64,000 bases of DNA from Pelomyxa schiedti (lineage: Eukaryota > Protista > Evosea): assembly GCA_020536535.1 (NCBI GenBank), contig JAHLWZ010000792.1, positions 153,031 to 217,030 of the forward strand, in the 5' to 3' direction. The notes below the pieces were generated by a model that ran no database searches, was not told the origin of the DNA, and was given only the letters and a program-made list of their open reading frames with translations. This document shows, piece after piece, positions 62,559 to 64,000 of this stretch. Numbering within the stretch: position 1 is the first letter of the stretch; every line of letters starts with the position of its first letter. The translations under genes and the position numbers were made by a program.

Positions 62559-62723
62559 GATGTATCACCGCAGCGATGTAGGTTTTATTATTGTGTTATC
62601 CACAGCACTTGCCCGAAAATCAGCTCCCCTGAGCCAAATACTTACTACGACAGCCATTCCCGCACTGCCTTATGGGCCACAAAAAGTCTAATTAATTTTT
62701 GGCTTTTTCTGCGAGTGCTCGAC

Positions 62724-64000
62724 ATGGCAGGAGGTGAATCTTTGCGGGTCGCGGCGTCCGTACTTGCGAACGCGGGATCGAGGCTGGATAAGTGCACAGA
62801 TGAATCGTTCCGCAAGCTATTGGGCTGGGCCGACGTCTTCGATAAAACGGTGCAGTCGGGGGGTGGGGGGTGTCATTGGAGAGCGGGGCGGGGCCGGAAA
62901 TTATTCAGCATCTTGATCTTGATTTTGTTTGTTTGTTCGTTTTGTTGTCTCACTGAGTCGTGGGTTTGTGTGTTCACAGATTCATGGCGGTGGACAAACT
63001 ACTCAGGATGCTGCTGCCAAACAATACAGGAATTTGTTCAAACTTCACCCTGCTTTGAGGTAGTAGTATGCCCCAGACCATAACTAGTTAATTGGTTACC
63101 ATTTATCTTATTAATATTTTGAGGCACGTGAAGTTTGTTTCTATTTAATAGGCAGCTTATTTCTGTACTGGAGTCGCACATAATTAATTTCACAAGAAAC
63201 ATTGACCTTGAGAACTGCACTATGAGAAATGCTATCTTGAAAATCTTACTCAACAACCCAACGATGTCTTGTCATGGACTAGTTCTGGTGATGAAAGAAT
63301 ATTCCAAATCCACTCGAGGAAAAGTTCCTTTGCATGTTGCAATAACTGAGGTAGAACACCTGCATTGTTCCATTTTTTTATAATGCTGTGCAACTTCTAA
63401 CTGCAAAGGACTGTTATCAAACCACCAACCTAGCCTACCAGCTGCACTTTCTGGGTTCCACCTGTGAGAACTACTTGCTCCCCAAGCTCCCTCTTCCCCG
63501 TCAAGAAGACGTTCCGGCAAGTTTGGTACCCGTAGACACACCAACATCGGAGCCATTCGTCACTCCCATGGACTGGGGGAAGGCCAATAGCAGTTCATCC
63601 GCCTTTGGTAAACTGCTTCACAGTGAATTGCATCGACTGGCTGCAAATTACACGTCCAGCCAGGAAGCTTCCCATACTTTACTAGACACATTCGAAACAA
63701 ATCTCACTGAGCAACTCGCAAGTGTTCCTAGAGTGGTATGTACACTCCCAAAGCAAATTTCCCACATCACCACAGTATTGATAACCACCGCACAACAGGA
63801 AATCGCTTGTGTTGCACTCTGCACTGCCTATTCCAGTTCCTTCCCGGAAAACGCAGTTTGCCGTCATATCTATGGGTGCTGCAATATATTAACACGGTGC
63901 TTATGCTCAGCAAGGGAACACCTGTGGCACATAAACAGCCAATTGTTGGAGTGCACTTGCGCCACAAGCACCACTCTCCAAATAGTACGCCTTTGTCCCC
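62724..64000 (+). CDS. Hypothetical protein, weakly FANCF-like N-terminus; runs off the window end
   Basis: MAGGESLRVAASVLANAGS...ESFRKLLGWADVF and ILKILLNNPTMS loosely recall FANCF (RRALQWARY; LLENRAL). Spliceable exons continue downstream. Confidence 0.4.

Larger units (their letters stand above)
62200..62680 (-). repeat. Diverged tandem duplication, period 255 bp, each unit carrying one permuted tRNA
   Basis: Shared blocks CCCATAAG (62421-62414 and 62676-62669) and GCAAGTG (62357-62351 and 62612-62606) have identical 255-bp offsets. GGTGAT.CATCG, GTTTCACC and GTGCAACCACTTGCT also recur in both units. Confidence 0.85.

Noticed and set aside
63272-63556. Minus-strand 94-aa ORF
   Set aside because: It is antisense to a spliceable plus-strand reading frame and has no recognisable features.

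Overview
Compact, intron-rich eukaryotic (protist) genomic DNA with about 26 protein-coding genes and short, mostly GT-AG introns. Several gene pairs are head-to-head, and there are sharply bounded GC-rich patches at gene 5' ends. The gene repertoire and style suggest an amoebozoan, possibly a Pelomyxa-like archamoeba (inference only). Housekeeping genes include eEF2, a Med4-like subunit, a class I-like PI3K, a TKL kinase, an SDR, an SPX-SLC13 phosphate transporter, a CNBP-like CCHC protein, a TPR co-chaperone, PRMT7, a CPBP protease, DNAJC2 and a RING E3. The top finding is a 255-bp tandem pair of apparently circularly permuted tRNA genes on the minus strand (about 62200-62680). In each, the 3' half precedes the 5' half, the halves join at position 29/30, the leader and trailer are complementary, and an oligo-T terminator follows. 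Other notable items are three unusual fusions. One is an in-frame M20 deacetylase + group II PLP decarboxylase fusion. One is a Kelch + F-box + Rho/Ras-like GTPase ending in CaaX. One is a TPR + P-loop GTPase + Zn ribbon + VPS9 giant protein. An F-box-like PP2A-family phosphatase is also present. All exon structures were assembled by hand and no database searches were run.
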